From assembly GCA_963760875.1 (NCBI GenBank), contig CAVXEH010000014.1, forward strand, positions 216,538-280,537: 64,000 nt of DNA. Direction: 5' to 3'. The position numbers and the translations under genes were made by a program. Position 1 is the first letter of the stretch. Every line of letters begins with the position of its first letter. The notes beneath the pieces were generated by a model. It was not told where the DNA came from. It made no database searches and saw only the letters and a program-made list of their open reading frames with translations. Below are positions 1-7,883 of the stretch, piece by piece. The stretch comes from an uncultured Chloroflexia bacterium. Lineage in GTDB: Bacteria; Chloroflexota; Limnocylindria; QHBO01.

Positions 1-2
1 TG

Positions 3-200
3 GAGCCACCCAATGGGAACGGCGAGGTTGGTGCGCACTCGTCGGTGTCGATCGGCGCCTTCCGGCCACACGCCGGCCGCTGGCTCCGCCAAGCGCGCCA
101 CGAGCCAGTGCTTCTGACCTGGTACGGCCGCCCGGTGGCGGTCCTGCGCGCTGCACCTTCGCGGGTGCGACTCATCGGCTTCGACGAAAGGGGTTCCGAC
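3..200 (+). CDS. Partial Phd/YefM-like antitoxin domain. The 5' end lies outside the window. The frame stays open to 548 (ORF 45..548), so the true 3' end is unclear.
   Basis: Frame-0 translation ...VSIGAFRPHAGRWLRQARHEPVLLTWYGRPVAVLRA... matches the Phd/YefM core (pvvItrrGkpvAVlvs). No stop until 548, overlapping the next gene in another frame. Confidence 0.35.
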
Positions 201-201
201 C

Positions 202-813
202 ATGACCATCGATCGGCCGCTGACCGAGATCGGCGTCCGCGAGCTGCGCGACCGGCTGCGAGCCGTTCTGGCCCGCGTCCTGGACGGCGAGCCGTACGTG
301 GTGCTCTCCAACAGCGCCCCGGTGGCGGTGATGCTGTCCAAGGGCGAGGCCGATCGCTGGGAGCGCATCGAGCGCGGGCTGGCCGCCCTCCACGGCCTCG
401 AGATCTACCCCGAGCTGGCGCGCGACACCTCGGAGCTGGCGCAACTGATGCGCCGGGAACGCACGCCTTCCGGGCGCGAGCTGGAGCGGCTGGCTCGGGC
501 GCCGCGCGACATCCTGGGCCTGCACCACCACGTCAAGGCCGTGAGTGACGTGCGGATGAACATGGCCGAGGTCCTCGACGAGGTGAGCCACGGCCGGCCC
601 TGGCTGATCGTGAGCTCGGGCCGCTACACCGCGGTCATGATTCGCCCCGCCGAGTACGACCGGCTGCTGCGCCTGCGGCGGACGGTGGCCTGGTTCCGGG
701 CGGCCGGCCTCGACCTGGCCACGGCCACCGACGACGAGGTCATCGCCTGGGCTCGTAGCTACACCGCCCAGCCGTCGGCCGCCGAGGCTGGCGAGGGGTC
801 GGCGATCGCCTGA
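202..813 (+). CDS. Protein with two tandem Phd/YefM (prevent-host-death) antitoxin-like domains.
   Basis: First domain: TEIGVRELRDRLRAVLARVLDGEPYVVLSNSAPVAVMLSKGEADRWE. Second domain: VSDVRMNMAEVLDEVSHGRPWLIVSSGRYTAVMIRPAEYDRLL. Both fit the YefM/Phd N-terminal fold signature. ATG at 202; stop at 811-813. Confidence 0.7.
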   Translation: MTIDRPLTEIGVRELRDRLRAVLARVLDGEPYVVLSNSAPVAVMLSKGEADRWERIERGLAALHGLEIYPELARDTSELAQLMRRERTPSGRELERLARAPRDILGLHHHVKAVSDVRMNMAEVLDEVSHGRPWLIVSSGRYTAVMIRPAEYDRLLRLRRTVAWFRAAGLDLATATDDEVIAWARSYTAQPSAAEAGEGSAIA

Positions 814-830
814 TCGCCTCTCGATCCGTC

Positions 831-3167
831 ATGGCCGTTCCGTTCCCCTTCCCTTTCGAACTCTTCTTCATCGCTCCCGCGCTGGTCGGCTGCATCGCCT
901 TGCTCATCTGGGCGGTTCCGCGCCTGGTTCGCGCCTGGCAGCAGCGCCGATACGACGCCACCGTCGTCACCGAGCAGGTCCGCTTCGAGATCGTGGCACC
1001 GGGACGGGCAGCGCGCGACGAGGATTCCGCCGTCGAGCTGATCCGCGCCATCGCTCCACAGCAGCGGCTGGGGGACGACCGAGGCGGCAAGGGCTGGCCC
1101 ACCTTCGAGCTGCGCGCCGAGTGGCGCGATGGCCAGCTGGTCTGGCAGTTCCAGGGCGGCCGCCAGATGGCGGTGCGCGCGCAGGGCGCCCTCGCCTCGC
1201 TGTACCCCGGGACCGAGATCGAACGCGTGGCGATCAAGGACAGACCGGCGGTCGCCAGCGCGGTGGGACGCTTGACCGCTCCGTCATCTTGGCAATTTGG
1301 CTCGCCCACGACTGCGGGCGGTGCGACGCTCAGCCGGCTGGCCACCCTGCTGGCCACCGAGGCCGACGAGGCCGACGTCCGGCTGCGGGTCGTCGTGCGA
1401 CCCATCGCGCCTGAGCGCTGGCATGGCTGGCTGTACCCCGAATCCAAGCGCGAGTCCTTCGGTGCGCTGGTCTTGGAGGCGATCCTCGACGAGGTCTTCC
1501 AGCGCCCGCACGGCTCGGCGAGGGCACAGCCCGTCGCCCTATCGGAGGACGAGCGCGAGGCGCGCAGACGGAAGCGCGCCGCGAAGATCGGCCTCGAGGT
1601 CGGCCTGCTGCTCGAGGCCGCCGGGACCGATGTCGCCAGTGCCCGGGCGCTTCTCCATCGGCTCACCGGCTTCACCGATCTGCTGAGTGACGGCCTGCAG
1701 GCCATCGACTGGCGCGTCCGCGACGGTGCCGTCACCCAGCCCTCGCGCTTCCCGCTGGGTGACTGGGAGCTGGCCCAGCTGTGGTACCTGCCCGATGCCG
1801 CCTTCGACCAGGCCGGCCTGCCCCGCCATCGACCCCTGGCTGCACCGCCGCCGAGGTCCGCCGGCAACGGTGCAGCCTTGACCATCGGGGAGTCGCGCGG
1901 TCAGCCGCTGCGCCTGCCGGCCAGCAACCTTGCGCAGCATATGGCGCTGGTAGGTGCCACCGGCTCGGGCAAGAGCACCCTGCTGCTGAACATCGCGCTG
2001 GGGGTCCTCGACACGCCCATCGGCGCGACCGTGATCGATCCGCACGGCGACCTGGCGTCCGACATCCTGTCGCGCGTCGAGCAGCGGCACGCCGAGCGTG
2101 TCCACGTCCTGCGCCTGGCGGATCGGTCCAATCCGCGCGGCTTCAACTTCCTCGAGCGCCGCGGACCCGACGACGCCCAACTGGTGACCAGCGAGTTCGT
2201 CGGGCTCTTCAGTGACCTGTGGCCCGACTACACCGGCCCCAAGATGCAGCACTACCTGCGCCATGCCCTGCTGACGTTGCTGTCCCACTCGAAGCCGCAG
2301 ACCATCCTCGAGCTCATCCGGCTGCTGACCGATGACGCCTTCCGTGAGCGCTACCTCCGCGTCGTCGACGACCCGATGCTCCTCAACTTCTGGCGCACCG
2401 AGTGGCCGTCCGGAGCCAACCGCGAGCGCGACACGTCCATCAAGGCGGTCCTCAACAAGCTCGGCGCCTTCGTCTCGTACCAGTCGGTGCGCCAGGTCGT
2501 TGGCCAGGGGACCTCGACGATTCGGCCGAGGCGGATCATGGACGACGGCGACCTGTTGGTGGTCGACCTCTCGCAGGTCGGGGCTGATAACGCCCGCCTG
2601 TTCGGCGCCATGCTCATCAGCCGCTACTACATCGACGCGGTGGGTCGGCAGGGGACCGCGCGCGAAACCCGTCGCCAGCACCTGCTGCTGGTCGACGAGG
2701 TCGGCTCCTTCGACACCCGGGCCCTGGTCCGGATCCACGACGAGGGCCGCAAGTTCGGCCTGGTGCTGGTCACCGCCGCGCAATCGCTCGCCTCGCTCGG
2801 GACGCGGCTGCGCGACTCGATCCTGACCAACGCCGGGGCGCTCGGTGTCCTATCGCCCGGTCCGGACGACGCGCAGTTGCTCCGTCGCCTGCTGGCGCCG
2901 CTGAGCGCCGATGACCTGCTCGGGCTGCGGCAGTTCGAGCTCCTGCTGCGCATGCGCGGCGCCTCCGGCGGATACGAGACCTACGGCGGGATGGTCTGTC
3001 CGCCACCGCCCGGCTCGCCCGCCGCGGCCGAGGCCGTCATCCTGGCCAGCGATGGGCGTGATGCCCGACCGGTCGACCAGGTGCGGGCCGAGGTCCATCG
3101 CCGCGCCGGCGGCGACGAGCCGCGTGTCGATGGCGGGGCGCAGCGGCCGGTGACCGATCAGAAGTGA
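831..3167 (+). CDS. VirD4/TraG/TraD-like type IV coupling protein ATPase (DUF87/TraM-recognition type) with an N-terminal TM segment.
   Basis: 778 aa. N-terminal hydrophobic helix. Walker A LVGATGSGKST; Walker B LLLVDEVGSF. This is the typical architecture of conjugative DNA-transfer coupling ATPases. Confidence 0.8.
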   Translation: MAVPFPFPFELFFIAPALVGCIALLIWAVPRLVRAWQQRRYDATVVTEQVRFEIVAPGRAARDEDSAVELIRAIAPQQRLGDDRGGKGWPTFELRAEWRDGQLVWQFQGGRQMAVRAQGALASLYPGTEIERVAIKDRPAVASAVGRLTAPSSWQFGSPTTAGGATLSRLATLLATEADEADVRLRVVVRPIAPERWHGWLYPESKRESFGALVLEAILDEVFQRPHGSARAQPVALSEDEREARRRKRAAKIGLEVGLLLEAAGTDVASARALLHRLTGFTDLLSDGLQAIDWRVRDGAVTQPSRFPLGDWELAQLWYLPDAAFDQAGLPRHRPLAAPPPRSAGNGAALTIGESRGQPLRLPASNLAQHMALVGATGSGKSTLLLNIALGVLDTPIGATVIDPHGDLASDILSRVEQRHAERVHVLRLADRSNPRGFNFLERRGPDDAQLVTSEFVGLFSDLWPDYTGPKMQHYLRHALLTLLSHSKPQTILELIRLLTDDAFRERYLRVVDDPMLLNFWRTEWPSGANRERDTSIKAVLNKLGAFVSYQSVRQVVGQGTSTIRPRRIMDDGDLLVVDLSQVGADNARLFGAMLISRYYIDAVGRQGTARETRRQHLLLVDEVGSFDTRALVRIHDEGRKFGLVLVTAAQSLASLGTRLRDSILTNAGALGVLSPGPDDAQLLRRLLAPLSADDLLGLRQFELLLRMRGASGGYETYGGMVCPPPPGSPAAAEAVILASDGRDARPVDQVRAEVHRRAGGDEPRVDGGAQRPVTDQK

Positions 3168-3260
3168 CGCCGAACTGTCGTGCGACTGTGCCTACCCACG
3201 TCAGTCCTGCGGCGGCGGCTCGTGCTCGAATCGCGCGACCGCGCGCGGGAACTCACGTAG

Positions 3261-4160
3261 ATGAGCGCCATGTTCCGCATCTCGCCCGAGCGAGCTCCTG
3301 CCCTGGTCGACATCGGCCTGCTGTTGGTGCGCGACCGTGCCGGCCTGCGCCTGCTGGACCGCTGCGAAACCCTCACCGCCGAACAGCTTGCCGTCATCGT
3401 CCATCCCACCCGTCGCACCGCGCTGCGTCGGCTGCGCCGCCTCTGGCGCCTGGGCCTGCTCGAGCGCGCGCCTCTACTGCCTGAACGAGGAGGGATCCCG
3501 ATGGCCTACCGCCTGTCGCGTCGTGGTCGCACCCGTCTGGGGGTGACCGATGCCCGCGTCCGCTCGGCTGCACATATCCGGCATGCGCTCGACACGGTCG
3601 ACGTCGTCTGCGCCCTGCTGGAGTGGTCGCGCCGGCAAGAGGACACGGAGGGTGCCGAGCCGCTGGTCCAGGCCTGGCTTCCGGAGTCCATGACCGCCGG
3701 CGTCGTGGCTCCTCGGCTGCGGCCGGACTCGATCCTGGCCCTGCAGGCCGGTCCGCTGTCTGCCGCTCTGTGCGTGGAGGTCGACGAGGCGACCGAGAAG
3801 GCGCCGGTCATCCGCGCCAAGCTCGCCGCCTACGACGCCGCGCTCGGTGGCCGCATCGGCTGGCACCTGCTGTGGGTCGTTCCCTCACGCGATCGCGTCG
3901 ACTGGCTCCGCCGCCTCACTGCCCACGATCCCCCGCGACGCCTCCGCGGGCGCTGCTGGGCGGTCGTCCTGCCGGAGCTGCGGCCGTTGGGCGCCTCCGC
4001 CGAGGCCATCCCGGTCGGCTGGGCGGGCGAGCCCCGCCGCCTGATTGCGGTCCTCGACGACCCGCGGTCGCGCCGATGCCCGACTCCCATCGGCACCGAA
4101 GCCTGGATCAACCTCCTCGCCACCGGCGGCGGCGAGGACCTCTCCGAGGCGCTGCGCTGA
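3261..4160 (+). CDS. Replication-relaxation family protein (Replic_Relax, wHTH).
   Basis: LTAEQLAVIVHPTRRTALRRLRRLWRLGLLER... is the pattern typical of PF13814 proteins from small actinobacterial plasmids and integrative elements. Confidence 0.7.
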   Translation: MSAMFRISPERAPALVDIGLLLVRDRAGLRLLDRCETLTAEQLAVIVHPTRRTALRRLRRLWRLGLLERAPLLPERGGIPMAYRLSRRGRTRLGVTDARVRSAAHIRHALDTVDVVCALLEWSRRQEDTEGAEPLVQAWLPESMTAGVVAPRLRPDSILALQAGPLSAALCVEVDEATEKAPVIRAKLAAYDAALGGRIGWHLLWVVPSRDRVDWLRRLTAHDPPRRLRGRCWAVVLPELRPLGASAEAIPVGWAGEPRRLIAVLDDPRSRRCPTPIGTEAWINLLATGGGEDLSEALR

Positions 4161-4405
4161 GGCGTCGCCGCCACCGCGTCGTTCACGACCGCCATGCCTG
4201 GCCGCCAGACTGTCCCGCGGACCCCTCGCAGACCGCCCCGTCAAGTGCCCCGTCACCGCGGGCGGCGCTCCAGGCGGTCGCCACACGCGCCACGGACCGC
4301 CCAGCGCCGGAACCAGTCACCTGCCGTCCGCCGAACGGCGAGAGCACCTCGGCGAGGGCGAGGCCGAGAGCCTGGTCAGGACCCGAATCGGATCATTCGA
4401 CTCCT

Positions 4406-4460
4406 GGCCGAATGGGTCGCGGAATAGTGCTGCAACGCAGCGCGGCGTACCATTCGGACC
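4406..4460. promoter_or_regulatory. Inverted repeat GGCCGAATGGG / CCATTCGGACC, about 32 bp apart, just upstream of the serine recombinase start. Additional CGAAT-containing half-sites flank it.
   Basis: ccgaatgg (4408-4415) is the exact reverse complement of ccattcgg (4450-4457). cgaatcgg/cattcga and cgcgaatc lie nearby. The recombinase start is at 4483. Confidence 0.3.
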
Positions 4461-4482
4461 AGAGACCGCGAATCTGACGACG

Positions 4483-5964
4483 ATGCAGAAACTCCTTCCC
4501 CGTTCACTCGACGACCTGCGAGGGTTGCGTGCCGCCCGCTGGCTACGCGAATCGACCGGCGAGCAGTTCGACCGGTATGGCCCTGACAGCCAGCGCGAGC
4601 AGATGGAGCGCTTCGCCCAGCGCTTCGCCCTGGTCGACACCGGCCTGGCCTGGGAGGTCCCGGCCTCGGGTCGGACGGTGTGGCGCCATCCCACCATGGC
4701 CGCCATGCTGGCCGCCGCCCGCGCCGGCAGATTCGACATCCTCCTCACCGGCTACGCCGATCGCTGGCAGCGCAACCTGCGCCGCTTCCTGGAACTCATC
4801 GAGGATGCCCTCCACCCTTCTGGCGTGGCTCTCGTCATGTGCGACCGGCGCCTGCTGTCCAGCGACCCCCATGACTGGGACGAGATGGTCCGCGAGGCGC
4901 ACGCTGCCGAGATCTACAGTCGCCGCCTCGGCGAACGGATCGCGGACGGCTACGAGGCCCGCTACCACCGCTATGCCGATCCAGCCGGCAACGCCCCGCT
5001 CGGGTTCCGCCGGCAACCTGAGCCACCCCACCTGCTCGAAATCGATCCCGACGCCATCGGTCAGATCGTGCAGCTATTCGACGCGTACGGCCGGGGCGAC
5101 GCCAGCTACGCGAACCTTGGACATCAGTTCGGGCTGGCGGAGGCGAGGGTACGCGAGATCCTGGGCAATCCGGTGTACAACGGCTGGGCTGTCCGTGGCA
5201 GTCGAGGGCGGCGACGGCCCGAGGAGCGCGTCCCTGCGCGGTGGCGGGACGACCCGCCGGTGGACGACGATCTCTGGGACCGCGTGATGGCAGTTCGTCG
5301 GCAGCACAGGCATGGCGGAGGCCCTCGCAGGCGCGAGCGCCTTGACCCACTCGCCGGAGTGGTGTTCTGCACCTGCGGGCGGTACGTGAAGGCCAACGGG
5401 CTTGATGGCGGCGGCCGCCATCAGCGGATCCACCTTGGGTCCTGTTCGGCATGGGACGGGCGCCGGACCTACCCGACCGACACTTGGTACCGCCCGATGC
5501 TGGCTCAGGTTGCTCAGATCCGGCTCGACGACGCGACCGTCGAGCGCGTGGTCCACGCTCTGGGGCGTCCGGCGTTGGAACATGACGAGCTGCGCCGGAA
5601 GCGCGTCGAAGCGCGGCGCCGGCAGCTGGCATCGGACTATGCGGCCGGCACCTTGAACGAGGCGGAGTTTCTAAACGCCGCGGCGACGGTCCGCGACGAA
5701 GGCGAGACAGCGCCACGGACTCGACGTGCAACAGATCCACGGTCCGCGGCACGTCGGCTGCGCGACTTCGCCAGCCTCTGGTCGTCCCGCTCGGAAGCCC
5801 AGCGGGCCGAGATGCTCCGCACGATCTACGCTCGCGTCGAGGTCGAGGGCGCGACATTCGTCCAGGCGCACCTGACGGCTGACGCGCAGGAGTTGGGGCT
5901 TACGCTCGCGCTGCCCGAGTCGTTTGCTATGGCGCGCCCGGCAGGAATCGAACCCGCGACCTGA
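4483..5964 (+). CDS. Large serine recombinase (site-specific integrase).
   Basis: N-terminal resolvase catalytic motif AARWLRESTGEQ (R-x-S-T-x-x-Q) and a long C-terminal domain typical of large serine recombinases. The ATG at 4483 follows a long leader that is open in the ORF track from 4045. The 3' end overlaps the tRNA 3' end. Confidence 0.85.
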   Translation: MQKLLPRSLDDLRGLRAARWLRESTGEQFDRYGPDSQREQMERFAQRFALVDTGLAWEVPASGRTVWRHPTMAAMLAAARAGRFDILLTGYADRWQRNLRRFLELIEDALHPSGVALVMCDRRLLSSDPHDWDEMVREAHAAEIYSRRLGERIADGYEARYHRYADPAGNAPLGFRRQPEPPHLLEIDPDAIGQIVQLFDAYGRGDASYANLGHQFGLAEARVREILGNPVYNGWAVRGSRGRRRPEERVPARWRDDPPVDDDLWDRVMAVRRQHRHGGGPRRRERLDPLAGVVFCTCGRYVKANGLDGGGRHQRIHLGSCSAWDGRRTYPTDTWYRPMLAQVAQIRLDDATVERVVHALGRPALEHDELRRKRVEARRRQLASDYAAGTLNEAEFLNAAATVRDEGETAPRTRRATDPRSAARRLRDFASLWSSRSEAQRAEMLRTIYARVEVEGATFVQAHLTADAQELGLTLALPESFAMARPAGIEPAT

Positions 5965-6005
5965 TGGTCCGAAGCCATCCGCTCTGTCCGCTGAGCTACG
6001 GGCGC
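5930..6005 (-). tRNA. tRNA-Arg, anticodon TCG by manual folding, CCA encoded.
   Basis: The reverse complement folds as a 76-nt cloverleaf: acceptor GCGCCCG/CGGGCGC, U8, D-stem GCTC/GAGC, anticodon stem GATGG/CCATC with loop CUUCGGA (U33, anticodon UCG), 5-nt variable loop, T-stem GCGGG/CCTGC with TTCGATT loop, discriminator G, CCA. Confidence 0.8.
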
Positions 6006-6060
6006 GCGCCTCACGCTCACAGCGAGCGGAAGACCAGGCGAGCCATTCTGCCACAGCGCC
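5965..6060. repeat. Repeat copy 1: tRNA positions 1-41 plus about 55 nt of promoter-side flank. This is part of the intact tRNA locus.
   Basis: tggtccgaagccatccgctctgtccgctgagctacgggcgcgcgcctcacgctcacagcgagcggaagacc... recurs at 7335 and 8540. Confidence 0.85.
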
Positions 6061-6119
6061 CGGAGAGCGGGATGGTCTGGGGGTCAGACCTAGCTCACAG
6101 ATCGGCCAGCGGGAAGGAA

Positions 6120-6210
6120 TTCGGTACGGTGAGTTTCTTGTGAGGTCACCGTACCGAAGCACGTGCTAAAATTCGGTACGGTCCAATTATCCGGGGAGGT
6201 ATGTACCGAA
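6120..6210. promoter_or_regulatory. Array of four TTCGGTACGG-type sites in alternating orientation (spacing about 26 nt) in the 5' region of the fic gene.
   Basis: TTCGGTACGGTGA (6120-6132); TCACCGTACCGAA (6147-6159), a perfect inverted repeat of site 1; TTCGGTACGGTCC (6172-6184); GTACCGAA (6203-6210). The region is locally AT-richer. Confidence 0.45.
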
Positions 6211-6228
6211 CTCGTGCCGATTGAGATG

Positions 6229-7503
6229 CCGCAGCGTGGCCGCCCAACGCGCCTCGCCATCTTCGACGGCGTCGATCGCGAGATCGAGGAGATGCGCCGC
6301 ATCGGCGGGCTGCCCGCACCGTTTGAGGCACGCGATATCTGGACGGGCATCTGGTACGAGGAGGCGCACAACTCTACCGCGATCGAGGGCAACACCCTGC
6401 TGCTCAAACAAGTCCGGGTCTTGCTCGATGAGGGACGTGCCGTGGGAAATGAAGAGCTCGCGCAGTATCTCGAGGTCCAGGGCTATGCAGAAGCCGCTGA
6501 ATGGGTATACGAGCAGGCAACAAAGGCGGTGGCCTCGGTACCCAGCGACCACATCACGCTGACCGAGCTGCGACAGATGCACCGAACCCTGGTCGAGGCG
6601 GTATGGAAGGTGAAGCCTCCTGAACAGCTCATCGCCGGGGAAGGGCCAGGGTCATTCCGCCTGCACGACATCGGCGCCTTTGCCGGCGGGATGAAGCCAC
6701 CACCATTCACCGACGTCCACGCGCTCATGAGCGACTGGATCCGGGACGCGAATGCGGCACCCCGCAGCGGACAGCACCTCATGGAGCACCTGGCTACCCT
6801 CCATGCTCGCTTCGAGCAGATCCATCCGTTCCGCGATGGGAATGGGCGTGCAGGTCGCCTCGCCCTCAACCTGCTCCTCGTGCGGCGAGGCTACGCGCCC
6901 GCCGTGATCTACAAGCGGGACCGCGCGAAGTACCTGGCCGCACTCCGCCGGTCGGATCGCGGTAACAGCGGGTCCCTCGCGGAGCTCGTTGCGCGCGCAG
7001 TCAAGGACGGGCTGGACCGCTTCCTGTTGCCGGCCCTCGCCGGCCCGCATCGGCTGCTGCCGTTGTCAGCGCTGGCCGAGCGGGACCTCAGCCCGCTGGC
7101 CCTGCGCAGAGCCGCGCAGGCGGGCCGACTCCGCGCGACTCACCAGAACGGTCGCTGGTACTCGACGAAGCGCGATGTCCTCGCCTACCGGCAAGCCGCC
7201 GTCGCGGCCGGCCGTCATCGAGAGCGCTTGACGGGCCCGCGCGCGGGAGGCTCCTACGAAGTGCAGACACAGCGGATAACTCGGCGCGAAATGGTCGGCG
7301 CTGCACGAGGGCCAGCACACCGCCGTCGGATCTCTGGTCCGAAGCCATCCGCTCTGTCCGCTGAGCTACGGGCGCGCGCCTCACGCTCAAAGCGAGCGGA
7401 AGACCGAACGGGACATTGTAGGCACAGCGCTTGGACAGCAGAATGGTCGGCCGGTCCGTCTTGCATACCGGCGTCGGGCGGGACACGCCAAGTGACAACT
7501 TGA
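6229..7503 (+). CDS. Fic family protein (Fic/DOC adenylyltransferase-type). The C-terminus reads through the repeat junction and is probably truncated or replaced.
   Basis: Canonical Fic motif HPFRDGNGRAGRLALNLLLVRRG. The ORF is open from 6163 (GTG), and ATG at 6229 or GTG at 6217 are likelier starts. There is no stop before the reading frame enters repeat copy 2 (7266-7430) and the tRNA-remnant sequence. It ends at 7503. Confidence 0.7.
   Translation, partial: PQRGRPTRLAIFDGVDREIEEMRRIGGLPAPFEARDIWTGIWYEEAHNSTAIEGNTLLLKQVRVLLDEGRAVGNEELAQYLEVQGYAEAAEWVYEQATKAVASVPSDHITLTELRQMHRTLVEAVWKVKPPEQLIAGEGPGSFRLHDIGAFAGGMKPPPFTDVHALMSDWIRDANAAPRSGQHLMEHLATLHARFEQIHPFRDGNGRAGRLALNLLLVRRGYAPAVIYKRDRAKYLAALRRSDRGNSGSLAELVARAVKDGLDRFLLPALAGPHRLLPLSALAERDLSPLALRRAAQAGRLRATHQNGRWYSTKRDVLAYRQAAVAAGRHRERLTGPRAGGSYEVQTQRITRREMVGAARGPAHRRRISGPKPSALSAELRARASRSKRAEDRTGHCRHSAWTAEWSAGPSCIPASGGTRQVTT
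7266..7430. repeat. Repeat copy 2: a 65-nt X segment, then a partial tRNA (positions 41-1, at 7335-7375), then about 55 nt of tRNA upstream flank.
   Basis: cagcggataactcggcgcgaaatggtcggcgctgcacgagggccagcacaccgccgtcggatctc followed by tggtccgaagccatccgctctgtccgctgagctacgggcgcgcgcctcacgctcaaagcgagcggaagacc. It is about 85% identical to copy 3 over about 160 nt. Confidence 0.85.
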
Positions 7504-7523
7504 CAACTTGTCAGATCGGCCCG

Positions 7524-7883
7524 ATGCTGGGCCTTATGAACGCCGTCCTTTACTCGAACGCCCGCAATGAGTTCGCCGACATCTTCGCTGCGGCGATTGC
7601 TCACGCGCCCACTCGCATCGCCCGACGCCGGTCCGGAGAGGCGGTCCTCATCGGGCGCGACGATCTGCTCGCGCTAACCGAGCCGTTCGCCTTCCACCCT
7701 GCCGTTTACTTCGAGCCGAGCACGGTGTCGGTGTGGCTTCCGGAGTTCGAGGTGTGGGGACGAGGCGCCGACTTCGAGTCAGCCAAGGAGGACTTGATCG
7801 ACGAAGTGCGGCAATACATCGAGGAATACCTGGCCGCTGAGCGCGTCCGCATGGCTCCCAATCACCGGCCACACGTTCCGTAG
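7524..7883 (+). CDS. Orphan Phd/YefM-like antitoxin-family protein.
   Basis: MLGLMNAVLYSNARNEFADIFAAAIAHAPTRIARRRSGEAVLIGRDDLLALTE fits the Phd/YefM N-terminal domain. Stop at 7881-7883. No recognisable toxin gene downstream. Confidence 0.55.
   Translation: MLGLMNAVLYSNARNEFADIFAAAIAHAPTRIARRRSGEAVLIGRDDLLALTEPFAFHPAVYFEPSTVSVWLPEFEVWGRGADFESAKEDLIDEVRQYIEEYLAAERVRMAPNHRPHVP

Noticed and set aside
45-548. ORF 45..548 as a complete 167-aa gene.
   Set aside because: Only its first roughly 50 residues (Phd-like) look protein-like. The remainder overlaps the 202..813 gene out of frame with Arg/Pro-rich noise. It is treated as a partial gene with an unresolved 3' end.
740-1885. 381-aa minus-strand ORF antisense to the Phd-like and coupling-ATPase genes. 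Similar antisense giants appear at 1539..2783, 4835..5857, 25260..26738, 27232..29859, 45160..45957, 53026..53823 and 49618..52359.
   Set aside because: Arg/Pro/Gly/Ala-dominated composition with no motifs. They overlap well-supported genes on the other strand. This is the expected stop-codon depletion of about 70% GC DNA.
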